Shown here: positions 26,974 through 40,662 of the stretch, in pieces
How positions within the stretch are numbered: position 1 is the stretch's first letter
Layout: each line of letters opens with the position of its first letter
DNA from: Candidatus Omnitrophota bacterium
GTDB lineage: Bacteria > Omnitrophota > Gorgyraeia > Zapsychrales > Fredricksoniimonadaceae
Assembly (NCBI GenBank): GCA_903944345.1
Contig: CAJARJ010000001.1
Coordinates: forward strand, 12,339-76,338
Length of the DNA: 64,000 nucleotides
Direction: 5' to 3'
The notes under the pieces: generated by a model
The model's database searches: none
The model's input: the letters and a program-made list of their open reading frames with translations, nothing else
Told to the model about the DNA's origin: nothing
Position numbers and translations under genes: made by a program

Positions 26974-28766
26974 CGTCCCGGCCTCCGCATTTTCGCAACT
27001 TTCTGTTTAGCTGGTTCACGTCCAATAATCCGCATGGCCTTTTGCACCAACGAGGCGCTGCCAGCGTTCTGCGGCTGAAAAAGAGCCCGCTGCATATCTC
27101 TTTCCAACGGCTCTTTGGGCACATAAATCTTCTCGCCAGTAAAAGGATGCCGGCCGGTATGATACATGCATCCGGCCACCGTCATAGGCAACGGAATGAA
27201 ATCCTGAACCTGCTCCGGACGCATATGCCGCACAGCCAGTGCATCCGCACAAGCCACGGCCTCATTGAGTCCGCAACCGGGATGCGCACTGATAAAATAG
27301 TTCACCAGATATTTCCGGCTCTTCAACCCGCGATTGATCCGCTCAAACCTGCGCACAAATTCCTCATAGGCCGAATAGGGCGGCTTGTTCATCAGACGCA
27401 ACACAGGGTCACTGGCATGTTCGGGAGCAACCTTCAACTGCCCGCTAACATGATATTCACACAATTCCCGAAAATAAGTCTCAGCCTCGGGACGCATCAG
27501 CAGGTCGTAACGCAGACCGCTGGCGACAAAAACGTGTTTCACCCCGGGAAGCCGACGCAGGGCCCGATAAAGAGAAAGGGCTTTTGCATAGCCTGTTTCC
27601 AGGGATGGACATTTTTCCGGCATGAGACACTGCCGTTTTGCGCAAGGGCCGCTCTTGTCCCAAAGACGACAGTCCGCGCCATAAAGATTTGCCGTGGGGC
27701 CTCCGACATCACTAATTGTCCCGCGGAAAGCGGGATCTTTTGTCAGCCGCCTGGCCTCTTCAACAAGTGAACGTTCGCTGCGACTCTGAATGATCCGCCC
27801 CTGATGCATGGCCAGACCGCAAAAACTGCACTCACCACTACAGCCGCGCACCGCGGTCAATGACCAGCGTACTGTTTCCAGCCCCCGCACTCCACCAAAC
27901 TGATCATAATACGGATGCCAGTTACGCACATACGGCAATTCATAACTGGCATCCAGCTCTGCCGTAGTCAACGGACGTGCCGGTGGCAACTGCATCACAA
28001 CCCGGTCAGCATGCCGCTGGATCAAGGCCACTCCAGCCCCGGAAGTCATATGCCGGTACGCCAGAGTAAAGGCTGCGTTAAAAGCCACTTGATCCGAACT
28101 AACTTGCTCGAAGGAGGGCAATTCCTGAACTTCCGGCAACGCCCCTGTGTTCCTGACAAATACAACTGTACCGCGAACATCCTGAATGTCGGCAATACTC
28201 TCCCCGCGGTCAAGGCGGGAAACAACTTCGACCAAGGACAACTCGGCCATCCCGTAAACGATCATATCCGCCTTGGCGTCAACTAACAGCGAACGCCGTA
28301 CGGCATTATCCCAATAATCGTAATGTGCCAGGCGGCGCAAACTGGCTTCTATACCTCCCAAGATCACTGGAAGGCCTTTGAAGCAAGCACGTAACCGGCT
28401 GGTGTACACTATAGAAGCGCGGTCAGGCCGCCCGTCCGACATCCCAGAAGCCCCGTAAGCATCGTCCCGGCGCAGGCGCTTGTTGGCCGTATAATTGGCC
28501 ACCATGGAATCTACATTGCCGCCACTGACCAGCGCACACAAACGGGGACAGCCAAGACGCGAGAAATCCTTGTTGGAACGCCAATCCGGACGGGCAATAA
28601 TTCCCACCCGATAACCACGGCTCTCCAGTAATCGCCCGATCAGGGCCATACCATAGGAAGGGTGATCAACATACGCGTCTCCCGAAACCAGCAGCACATC
28701 CAGACCATCCCAGCCCCGGCGCGCCACTTCTTCGGGAAACATCGGCAAAAACGAAAAACCGGCCAT
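26970..28766 (-). CDS. ygiQ: YgiQ (UPF0313) family radical SAM protein
   Basis: N-terminal B12-binding-like domain, CSGECSFC radical SAM motif, 598 aa, Lys/Arg-rich C-terminus. Confidence 0.8.
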   Translation of the reverse strand: MAGFSFLPMFPEEVARRGWDGLDVLLVSGDAYVDHPSYGMALIGRLLESRGYRVGIIARPDWRSNKDFSRLGCPRLCALVSGGNVDSMVANYTANKRLRRDDAYGASGMSDGRPDRASIVYTSRLRACFKGLPVILGGIEASLRRLAHYDYWDNAVRRSLLVDAKADMIVYGMAELSLVEVVSRLDRGESIADIQDVRGTVVFVRNTGALPEVQELPSFEQVSSDQVAFNAAFTLAYRHMTSGAGVALIQRHADRVVMQLPPARPLTTAELDASYELPYVRNWHPYYDQFGGVRGLETVRWSLTAVRGCSGECSFCGLAMHQGRIIQSRSERSLVEEARRLTKDPAFRGTISDVGGPTANLYGADCRLWDKSGPCAKRQCLMPEKCPSLETGYAKALSLYRALRRLPGVKHVFVASGLRYDLLMRPEAETYFRELCEYHVSGQLKVAPEHASDPVLRLMNKPPYSAYEEFVRRFERINRGLKSRKYLVNYFISAHPGCGLNEAVACADALAVRHMRPEQVQDFIPLPMTVAGCMYHTGRHPFTGEKIYVPKEPLERDMQRALFQPQNAGSASLVQKAMRIIGREPAKQKVAKMRRPGR

Positions 28767-30382
28767 CAGTCGTACAAAGCCGCTCTCTGGGCTCTGATCC
28801 GCTCGTCGGCCAGATAATCGTCAAAATTTGTACCCGCCCGGTCAATACATCCCCGGGGACTCAACTCGACAATCCGGTTGGCCACTGTCTGAACCAGCTG
28901 ATGATCATGCGAAGAGAACAAAAGCGTTCCGCGAAACTTTTCCAGTCCGCGATTCAGAGCCGTGATGGATTCCAGATCCAGATGATTGGTAGGCTCATCC
29001 ATGATCAAAACATTTGGCTTAATGAGCATCATACGCGACATCATGCAGCGAACTTTCTCTCCTCCGGAAAGAACCGTCACGGGCTTAAGAGATTCCTCCC
29101 CGGAAAATAACATTCTTCCCAGAAATCCACGAATAAACTGCTCGCTGGTGTCATCGGAATACTGCCGCAACCAGTCAATCACAGTCAAAGGACGAGTGAA
29201 ATAAGCCGTATTATCTTTGGGATAATAGCCTCGTTTTGTGGTCACACCCCATTTGAAGGTCCCCTTATCCGGCTGCAGCTCTCCGGCCAGCACCTGAAAA
29301 AGTGTTGTCCGGGCCAGATCATGAGTCCCTACAAACGCCACCTTGTCACCAGGATGAATATCCAGAGAAAGCCGGTCGAACATAAGCTGCCCGTCCACGG
29401 TCTTGGACAAGCCCTCGATATGCAAAATATCGTTCCCGGCCTCGCGCTCCTGCTCGAACCCGATAAAAGGATACTGACGGGAAGAAGGCTTGATCTCGTC
29501 AACCGTCAACTTTTCCAGCATCTTCTTACGGCTGGTGGCCTGACGGGACTTGGAAAGATTGGAACTAAAGCGGGCGATAAACTCCTGCAACTCCCGACGG
29601 CGTTCCTCAATCTTTTTGTTTGCCTCGCCGCGCTGACGCAAGGCCAGCTGACTGGATTCCGACCAGAAAGAATAATTGCCGGAATAAAGCTGAATCTTGC
29701 CGAAATCAATATCGGCAATATGGGTACAAACATTGTCCAGAAAATGACGATCGTGCGAAACCACAACTGCAGTATTTTCAAAACGACTTAAGAAATCTTC
29801 AAGCCACAGGCAGGTCTCGACGTCCAGATGATTGGTCGGCTCGTCAAGCAGCAAAATATCGGGATTTCCGAACAACGCCTGCGCAAGCAGCACCCGGACT
29901 TTCTGTCCGGATTCCAGTTGCTTCATCGGCAGCTGGTGCAAAGCAACGGGAATGCCAAGATTACACAAAAGCTTGCCAGCGTCTGCCTCGGCATCCCAGC
30001 CATTGAGCTCGGCAAACTCGCTCTCCAGCTCAGAAACGCGCATCCCGTCCTCGTCAGTAAAATTCGGACGGGCATAAATCTCGTCTTTCTCCTGCGTAAC
30101 CGCGTACAAACGCTTGTGGCCCATGATGACTGTGGTCAAAACCATGCAATCATCGAAAGCAAACTGATCCTGTTTAAGAACCGAAAGTCTCTTACCGGAA
30201 GGAACAGAAACAGAACCAGCAGTAGATTCGATCTCTCCCGAAAGGATTTTTAGAAATGTGGACTTTCCGGAACCATTGGCTCCGATCAATCCATAACAAT
30301 TCCCAGGAGAAAAAACAATGCTGACATCGGAGAAAAGTTTTCGCTGGCCGTACTGGAGCGAAACACCATTGACGGTAATCAT
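28766..30382 (-). CDS. ABC-F family ATPase (second paralog, YbiT/EttA-like, 538 aa)
   Basis: Two ABC cassettes (GANGSGKST; LSGGE x2), no TM domain; 1-nt overlap with ygiQ. Confidence 0.9.
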   Translation of the reverse strand: MITVNGVSLQYGQRKLFSDVSIVFSPGNCYGLIGANGSGKSTFLKILSGEIESTAGSVSVPSGKRLSVLKQDQFAFDDCMVLTTVIMGHKRLYAVTQEKDEIYARPNFTDEDGMRVSELESEFAELNGWDAEADAGKLLCNLGIPVALHQLPMKQLESGQKVRVLLAQALFGNPDILLLDEPTNHLDVETCLWLEDFLSRFENTAVVVSHDRHFLDNVCTHIADIDFGKIQLYSGNYSFWSESSQLALRQRGEANKKIEERRRELQEFIARFSSNLSKSRQATSRKKMLEKLTVDEIKPSSRQYPFIGFEQEREAGNDILHIEGLSKTVDGQLMFDRLSLDIHPGDKVAFVGTHDLARTTLFQVLAGELQPDKGTFKWGVTTKRGYYPKDNTAYFTRPLTVIDWLRQYSDDTSEQFIRGFLGRMLFSGEESLKPVTVLSGGEKVRCMMSRMMLIKPNVLIMDEPTNHLDLESITALNRGLEKFRGTLLFSSHDHQLVQTVANRIVELSPRGCIDRAGTNFDDYLADERIRAQRAALYD

Positions 30383-30439
30383 AGAATTGTATGCCTGTTA
30401 TGCCGGATCTGCGTCCCGAATGCCCTTTGTCACCGGGCC

Positions 30440-30500
30440 AGAATGAAAGGAATCCAAACGCAACAGGCCCCTCAGCTTGACAGCCAAAGGGCCTGTTGCG
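30440..30500 (-). terminator. Rho-independent terminator downstream of the cold-shock protein gene
   Basis: 12-bp stem cgcaacaggccc/gggcctgttgcg (30459-30500) with a T-rich tract following on the minus strand. Confidence 0.5.
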
Positions 30501-30518
30501 CAACAAAAACGGAAGCTA

Positions 30519-30719
30519 TTACAGCTTCACCACGTTCTTGGCCTGCTCGCCCTTGGGGCCCTGAGCAACCTCAAACTCGACCTCCTGACCCTCAAGAAGG
30601 GTCCTTCTGCCTTCGCAGCGGATCTCGCTGTGGTGAACGAAAACATCCTTACCGGATTCAGGGGTAATAAATCCAAACCCTTTTTCGTCATTGAACCATT
30701 TCACTTTACCTTTTGCCAT
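30519..30719 (-). CDS. Cold-shock protein (CspA family, 66 aa)
   Basis: [18 protein letters not shown]...DVFVHHS RNP motifs; strong GGAGG RBS; about 270 nt of upstream non-coding leader. Confidence 0.9.
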   Translation of the reverse strand: MAKGKVKWFNDEKGFGFITPESGKDVFVHHSEIRCEGRRTLLEGQEVEFEVAQGPKGEQAKNVVKL

Positions 30720-30987
30720 TTTATTTAGTCCTCCTTCCTTCGACCTCAACTCAACCAATCTGTCCATCAGAAGCTGGAGAGGCATAATCTCCTTGTGAAC
30801 AGACATGCCACGCACGGAGAACTTCCCGCAACGTTCATCTCACATCCAAAGGGGTGATAAAATTTGCGATAATTATACATCATCTATAAATAAATGCTAC
30901 CTTTTTTTACAACTCATTTTTTCTCGACAGCGCCAGCGAAGAAAAAAACTGTCATCCCGACGGTAAAAATGATTGTTCCCGAAAAAA

Positions 30988-31338
30988 TTAAAGCTGTTCC
31001 GCTGCCAGATCCTCGGAAATACGCACCACCTGTCCTTTATATCTGGGAATAAAATGAATGTGCGCGTGCGTGATCTTTTGTCCGGCCGCTTTACCTGAAC
31101 TGACAAAAAGATTAAAACCGTCCGGGGCCAGCTCGTTCTGCAAAAGCGACTGGGTTTCCACGATCAGCTTGAACATCGCCCCCCATTCCAGCGGGCTGAA
31201 TTCCATAAAAGTAGCCACATGCCTCCGGGGGATAATCAGCGTGTGCCCCTGGGAGACCGGATTGATATCATAAACAGTAAAAGCCAGATCATTTTGCAAA
31301 ACTTTTGGTAAAGGAGAGCAAAACTCGCACTGTGCCAT
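30988..31338 (-). CDS. HIT (histidine triad) family hydrolase
   Basis: HAHIHFIPR histidine triad motif, 116 aa. Confidence 0.8.
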   Translation of the reverse strand: MAQCEFCSPLPKVLQNDLAFTVYDINPVSQGHTLIIPRRHVATFMEFSPLEWGAMFKLIVETQSLLQNELAPDGFNLFVSSGKAAGQKITHAHIHFIPRYKGQVVRISEDLAAEQL

Positions 31339-31414
31339 ACATCCTCCTCAAAGTTGTCTCTTATTGTAAGAAATCAGGCGCTCACCGGGCCATTTTCTTT
31401 TGCAGCAGGGGTAT

Positions 31415-31831
31415 TTATTCCTGCCAATTAACAACATCATCCTGCCCCTCGACCCCGTCCCGCCCAAGGGAGAACAGGTCAAAATCATGCGACCGGTGGC
31501 TGCCTGGCGATTTATACTGGTACAATCGACCCCAGGGATCAACCGGATTTTTGTCCAGATAAGGCCCTTTCCAGCGCAAAGCCGATGATGGCGCCTTGAG
31601 AAGCGCCGCCAGACCTTCTTCTGTCGTCGGAAAGGCTCCATTGTCCAACTCATACATCTTAAGAGCCGTGGCCAGATTCAGCTCCACGTCAGCCTGGGCC
31701 ACACTACGCCTGGCCTCCTCGGAACGCCCGGAAAGTTTTGGCACAATCATCGCCGCCAGAACACCGATAATGATCACCACCAACATAATCTCAACCAAAG
31801 TAAAACCTCTGCGAAAACGCCTGAAACTCAT
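31415..31831 (-). CDS. gspG: Type II secretion major pseudopilin GspG
   Basis: Class III prepilin signal RRGFTLVEIMLVVIIIGVLAAM; GspG core LDNGAFPTTEEGLAALL...WKGPYL...DPWG..Y.Y..PG...DFDL.SLG.DG; the track ORF start is extended spuriously, so ATG at 31831 with a GGAGG RBS is used. Confidence 0.85.
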   Translation of the reverse strand: MSFRRFRRGFTLVEIMLVVIIIGVLAAMIVPKLSGRSEEARRSVAQADVELNLATALKMYELDNGAFPTTEEGLAALLKAPSSALRWKGPYLDKNPVDPWGRLYQYKSPGSHRSHDFDLFSLGRDGVEGQDDVVNWQE

Positions 31832-31847
31832 AAGCCTTTGCCTCCGT

Positions 31848-32693
31848 TCAATATTCACGCCAGGAAAGAATTTTTTCCTGGCCAACAACCACTTCGTAAT
31901 CAACTCCTCTGCGGCCCAGAACATATGTCCTAACCTGCAGCCTGAGCGCTGAAGACTTGACATCCAGCGCCCCGGACAAGGACTGCAACAACGCCAGCTG
32001 GGACTGGCCCAGCATGATTTCATTTGAAAGAGTCGCAGCCAACGCGTCAGCGCTTTCAAAAAAACCGTCGTCGTCCGTCCCTTCTGTCTCGTCGGCTCCG
32101 GCACGAACCGCCAGCACCGCCTGAACCAGATTAATATCAAAACCCAACGCCCCCAGCACAACCGAAGAGGCGGTGTTAATGTTAATTTTGCTCTCACCGT
32201 AAACGGTCAAATGCTCCCGACACTGAGCCCATACCTCGGGAGTGACGCCCTCAACCAGTCGCAATTCTTCCAGAACGGCATAAGGGCGCGCTGAACGGAT
32301 AATATTTTCGGCGATGGCCTGGCTTAACCCGGGAATACGAACCAGGATCTCCTGTGTCGCGGTATTCACGTTAATCCTGGCAGTCTCATCTGCCAGGACG
32401 TATTCGGCCTTACCGGACCCCGCCGCAAAAGCCCTGGAACGACCAAGATCGGTCAAAGCATCGTACTCTTTAACCGGCTCTAGTCGCTCGTCAATGACCT
32501 CCAGCGCAGCCGAACGGGCCAGCGGCCAGCCAAGAACCAGTTCCTCATATTTCTTCAGAATGCGGATCCTGGTGGATATCCCGGAAGAAACACCCAAACC
32601 GAGAATGACAAAAAAAACCATCACCCAGAGCGCCGCGATCAGAATGCTGCCGTTATCCCGCGGGAATAAAAACAACTTTCTCGAATTCCTCAT
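31848..32693 (-). CDS. gspK: GspK-like minor pseudopilin with two helix-hairpin-helix motifs
   Basis: Hydrophobic N-terminus GSILIAALWVMVFFVILGL; HhH-like INVNTATQEILVRIPGLSQAIAENII and ININTASSVVLGALG; internal ATG chosen. Confidence 0.65.
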   Translation of the reverse strand: MRNSRKLFLFPRDNGSILIAALWVMVFFVILGLGVSSGISTRIRILKKYEELVLGWPLARSAALEVIDERLEPVKEYDALTDLGRSRAFAAGSGKAEYVLADETARINVNTATQEILVRIPGLSQAIAENIIRSARPYAVLEELRLVEGVTPEVWAQCREHLTVYGESKININTASSVVLGALGFDINLVQAVLAVRAGADETEGTDDDGFFESADALAATLSNEIMLGQSQLALLQSLSGALDVKSSALRLQVRTYVLGRRGVDYEVVVGQEKILSWREY

Positions 32694-33204
32694 CCTGATA
32701 TTTCCCCCGCAACGAAACTGCCTGGCATAACCCGAGTTCTTTGGTCCACTCTTCACTACGGGTCACCCCTTGCCCGCTGATGACCAGATATTCCAGCGAC
32801 AAGTCCGTCGCAGCCAGCATACGCTTTTCAACAGGAGTTTCCTGCCCGGCACGAATATCCGCAAGCCGCTCGACGCGCCGGACCAGACCCCCCTCGTTCA
32901 CCCTGACTTCATAGGCGACGCGAACCACCTGTCCGTCGTGAACCATCGCAAAAATAAAATGACTGCGATCACCTTCCATTCCGATCTCGGGTACGGATTG
33001 CGCCTGACGAATGTCCCGGGCCACAACTTCCAGATCAATACGGAACATATCCTGCACGCCGCTCGAACTGGTAATCCTGCTCCACAAACGCAAGCCCGAA
33101 ACCAGTACCCCGCCCAAACCTGCCGCCACGCAGCCCAGAATCACGCTGACCAGCATAATCTCGACGAGGGTAAATCCGTAGCGGCGCCGACTACTCTTTT
33201 TCAT
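32653..33204 (-). CDS. Minor pseudopilin (GspJ/PulJ-like) with an N-terminal prepilin methylation motif
   Basis: RYGFTLVEIMLVSVILGCVAAG class III signal. Confidence 0.65.
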   Translation of the reverse strand: MKKSSRRRYGFTLVEIMLVSVILGCVAAGLGGVLVSGLRLWSRITSSSGVQDMFRIDLEVVARDIRQAQSVPEIGMEGDRSHFIFAMVHDGQVVRVAYEVRVNEGGLVRRVERLADIRAGQETPVEKRMLAATDLSLEYLVISGQGVTRSEEWTKELGLCQAVSLRGKYQDEEFEKVVFIPAG

Positions 33205-33589
33205 GCACAAGAAAGCCCAGCACTTCATCCCTGGCTACCACCCCTTCCTTCCAGACTACTGACAGCAAAACCCGGCTGAGGCCAGTCTGCTGATCATCCC
33301 GACGCCAGGCAGAAACATCCTGACTGAAAACCGCCTTCCGCCCTCCGGCCATAAGCCGCGGTTCCGACGTAAAAAGCTCGTCGTCGCCCCCGGCCTCCTG
33401 CCAACGCGCAAGACCGGTATCCAGCCACACAAGAGCTGCAAAACGATTATTAAGATGATCCAGAGCGGACGCCGCCGAAAGAAATGAACGCAAAACACCG
33501 ACAATACCAACGGAAAGGATGCAGACGGCGACCATCAGCTCAACCAGGGAGAAACCGGAGCCGGCAGGCTCACTGCAACGCCAGCTCAA
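33191..33589 (-). CDS. Minor pseudopilin (GspI/H-like)
   Basis: GSGFSLVELMVAVCILSVGIVG class III signal, 132 aa. Confidence 0.7.
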   Translation of the reverse strand: MSWRCSEPAGSGFSLVELMVAVCILSVGIVGVLRSFLSAASALDHLNNRFAALVWLDTGLARWQEAGGDDELFTSEPRLMAGGRKAVFSQDVSAWRRDDQQTGLSRVLLSVVWKEGVVARDEVLGFLVHEKE

Positions 33590-34106
33590 TGGTCAACTCC
33601 CCTTTCAGCAGGGCAGCGGATTCGTCCTTGGCGCTCAAAGACAGGCGGATAATCCGAATGAGAAGACGGCTGTTTTCAACCAACCGGACAAAATCCATGA
33701 CTTTCTCCGGAGTGCCTTCCATGCGCAAATCAACCTTGAGAATTTTGCTGCGCAAAATGGCTTCCTGAGTCCCCTGTGGACTGAGATTTATAATGGAAAC
33801 CCCGGCTTCTTTGGCAATACGCTCGCTCTCGCGTAAAAGCGCCTCGGAAAGCACTCGCACATCGGACTCTTTGCCAGGCAAATACTCCTTGTAGCGGGAA
33901 TGCTCCTCCTGAATCGCCTGCGCACCCTGGCGTATGCCTAAAAGACGCACAAACTTTTCTTCGGAAGCAGACGTCTGCTGGCTGATCGCCCGGAATTTGG
34001 CACGAATATCCTTGACGATCCAGACCACCACAAACAACGTCAGCAGCAGACAAGCCGCACCGATGAGCATGACACTGTTCTTTTTATCAGACAGAAAATT
34101 GGCCAT
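33570..34106 (-). CDS. PilO/GspM-like bitopic inner-membrane assembly protein
   Basis: Single N-terminal TM, coiled-coil, periplasmic domain; located between the pilM-N fusion and the pseudopilins. Confidence 0.5.
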   Translation of the reverse strand: MANFLSDKKNSVMLIGAACLLLTLFVVVWIVKDIRAKFRAISQQTSASEEKFVRLLGIRQGAQAIQEEHSRYKEYLPGKESDVRVLSEALLRESERIAKEAGVSIINLSPQGTQEAILRSKILKVDLRMEGTPEKVMDFVRLVENSRLLIRIIRLSLSAKDESAALLKGELTIELALQ

Positions 34107-34109
34107 AAA

Positions 34110-35480
34110 TCACTCAACCGTAAAACTGACTTCGAATTCCGTCAGATCCCGATCCCTGACTTTTTTCTTACGTGTCGAACGTGTCTGGACATCGCGAAAC
34201 CGCTTGATGCCCCCCAGGCTATCAATAAACTGAAACGCTGTAGCCAGCCCGTCCGCCTGGCCGCGCAAAAAAACCTTGCCCTTTTCGTCAAGCGAAACAG
34301 CGGTAATCGCCACCGTATCCGGAATAATGGACTGAACCTCAGACACAATAACCCCGGGGGTCTGCCGGGCATTCAGATTCTTTTTAACAAAATCGGTCTT
34401 GCCCGCCTTGTCGACAACCTCAGAAAGTTCCCGCTCCAGCAGAGCAGTCTTGAACTGGACAGTTTTTAAATGACTTTCCCGAATATATACCTGTGACCAG
34501 TAAAAACCTCCGACCAGAACCAGCAGATAGCAAAACAGGCCGGAAAAGAAAACCAGATCCGCCGTATCCTTGCGCAGGGTCTTGCGAATCTGAATCTCCG
34601 GAAGCAAAAGCGTAGCCTCGGCCGAACCCTCACCGCCAAGGACAGCCATGCTGCTCACGGAAACATCGGATCCAACCCCCTTGGCAGACGACTCCACTGT
34701 AACCGGAACATCAAATTCGTCTTTAAGTTTCTGCTCCAGCAAGCCTGCCGCCTTGGCCCCACAAAGCACAATACCGGCAATCTTCTGGTTCATTTCCTCG
34801 TTATGAAACATGACCAAAGACTGCTTGACCTCGCCGATAAATTTAAGCGACGCCGACTCGAAATCGGAAATAAGGCTTCTGGCCCCGACATTGATGCTTC
34901 GGGAGAACAACAAATTATCTTTCTGCATGATTACACAGTCAGTAAAGCCTGCGTCGATGTCCAGAACCAGCATTAACGCCTCGCTGGCGGGTTGGGAGCG
35001 ATACGCGTTCCAAAGACCGTAACTGGACAAAGTCAGACGCTCAACCAGAAGCCCGGCTTTCTCGACCATAGCCACCTGTCGACGCAGAATGTCTGCCCGC
35101 ACAATAACCACCAGCACACGAGTATAACCGACCTCATCCTTGCCGATAATCCGGTGACCGCTGACCACGTCCTCTTTTTTATAAGGAACCATCCTGACAA
35201 TATTGAGATCCACCATCTGGGCAATTTCGCGCTCGTCTTCGGAAGGAAGGTGCAGATTACGAACAGTTGCGGCATTCCTGGAGATCGACAACGTCACCCG
35301 GCCCGAACGGGAGCGCCAGCGTTTGAGGCAGGAAGCCAGCGCCTGGGCCGAAAGGACATCGTTCTCCTGAACGTCTTCGGCAGCGAACTCTTCGGCACGA
35401 AAGCCTGCTCCGGCAGACTGTGCCTGGGCAACCTTGATATGCTCTCTGGAAATTTGAACAATGTAATTCTGTTTTGCCAT
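34110..35480 (-). CDS. PilM (actin-like ATPase fold)-PilN fusion protein
   Basis: About 330-aa PilM-like cytoplasmic domain, TM helix LVFFSGLFCYLLVLVGGFYW, about 110-aa PilN-like periplasmic domain. Confidence 0.7.
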   Translation of the reverse strand: MAKQNYIVQISREHIKVAQAQSAGAGFRAEEFAAEDVQENDVLSAQALASCLKRWRSRSGRVTLSISRNAATVRNLHLPSEDEREIAQMVDLNIVRMVPYKKEDVVSGHRIIGKDEVGYTRVLVVIVRADILRRQVAMVEKAGLLVERLTLSSYGLWNAYRSQPASEALMLVLDIDAGFTDCVIMQKDNLLFSRSINVGARSLISDFESASLKFIGEVKQSLVMFHNEEMNQKIAGIVLCGAKAAGLLEQKLKDEFDVPVTVESSAKGVGSDVSVSSMAVLGGEGSAEATLLLPEIQIRKTLRKDTADLVFFSGLFCYLLVLVGGFYWSQVYIRESHLKTVQFKTALLERELSEVVDKAGKTDFVKKNLNARQTPGVIVSEVQSIIPDTVAITAVSLDEKGKVFLRGQADGLATAFQFIDSLGGIKRFRDVQTRSTRKKKVRDRDLTEFEVSFTVE

Positions 35481-35484
35481 AAGA

Positions 35485-36705
35485 TCAGCTTACAAACTGG
35501 GTTATCTGGAACGTCGGCAGCAGGATCGAAAGAACAATTCCCCCAAGAACCACGCCGATAACCAGAATCAGTAACGGCTCAAGCAGGGCCGTCACAACAG
35601 CGATATCCGCTTCGATTTGCTGGGAATAGGAGGCCAGAATCTCTTCCAGAACTTCGACCAGCCGACCTGACTCCTCCCCGATTGCAATCATCTTAACAAA
35701 AAAATCCGGTAATTGTGCATAAAGGTTTAAACTTTTTGCGATACCCCCTCCATCCGCAACCGCACGGCAGGCTTTGGTCAAGCCCTCCCGAAGCCGGGGG
35801 TCTTCCATCGTCGGGACAGCCAGCTCGAACGCGGTCAAGGCCGGCACCCCGCTTTTGAGCAAAAGTACCAGTGCCCGCGTAAACTGCACCAGCTGCTGGC
35901 TTGTCATCAGTTGCCGCAAAACAGGAATGCGACGAACAACCTGCCCAAGGGCAAGGGACAGGAACGCTTTCCCCCGGGGATGGAAACAGGCCGCAACCAG
36001 TCCGACCACTCCCAGAAGAACCAGTGGCCAGGAACGATTTAGCAAAGTACTCGTCTGCAAAACAATCCGCGTCGTCAGCGGAAGCTCCCGGCCCAACCCT
36101 TCCAGCAAAGGACGCAGACGCGGTACTACAAAATTCATCAGGACAAACACGCTGAGAAAACCGACACCCCCCAACAACGACGGATACGCCAGAGCGACAC
36201 GAATGCGGCTGCGCATGGCGGCATCGCGGGACATAAAATCGTTAATCTGCTCGAGCGCGGCATCCAGCCGACCACTCGCCTCCCCCGCCCGGATAATATG
36301 CACAAACAAAGCGGAGAAATATTCCGGATAACGCGACAGCGCTTCGGAGAAAGACTTGCCCTCACGCGCCATCGCATGCAGCTGCTGGATGACATCCCGA
36401 AAAACAGGATTCTCGGTCTGCTCGTGAATAATGGCCAGGCCGGAAAGAATTTCCACCCGCGCGCGCGTCAGGGTAGTCATTTTCTTGACGAACAAAAGAA
36501 CATCTGTCTGGGTCACCCGTTTCGGACGAGCCTGACGTGGGCGCGAGGAAGGCATGGCTGCCACGCCGGATTCCGGCGCAATATGAACAGGAAAAAGCCC
36601 GAGGACAGACAGTTTGGAAACAGCATCTGCCTGGCTCTCGGCATCGATGCTGCCCTCGGTTACTTCGGTAAGATTCTTTTTTGCCTTGTAAACAAACCTG
36701 GGCAT
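35485..36705 (-). CDS. gspF: GspF/PilC family inner-membrane platform protein
   Basis: Two T2SF repeats, 406 aa, 3 TM topology. Confidence 0.85.
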   Translation of the reverse strand: MPRFVYKAKKNLTEVTEGSIDAESQADAVSKLSVLGLFPVHIAPESGVAAMPSSRPRQARPKRVTQTDVLLFVKKMTTLTRARVEILSGLAIIHEQTENPVFRDVIQQLHAMAREGKSFSEALSRYPEYFSALFVHIIRAGEASGRLDAALEQINDFMSRDAAMRSRIRVALAYPSLLGGVGFLSVFVLMNFVVPRLRPLLEGLGRELPLTTRIVLQTSTLLNRSWPLVLLGVVGLVAACFHPRGKAFLSLALGQVVRRIPVLRQLMTSQQLVQFTRALVLLLKSGVPALTAFELAVPTMEDPRLREGLTKACRAVADGGGIAKSLNLYAQLPDFFVKMIAIGEESGRLVEVLEEILASYSQQIEADIAVVTALLEPLLILVIGVVLGGIVLSILLPTFQITQFVS

Positions 36706-36710
36706 AAATT

Positions 36711-40659
<3,949 letters not shown>

Positions 40660-40662
40660 AGA

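Noticed and set aside
26727-27770. 347-aa plus-strand ORF overlapping rho and ygiQ on the opposite strand
   Set aside because: Antisense to two confidently assigned genes; low-complexity translation.
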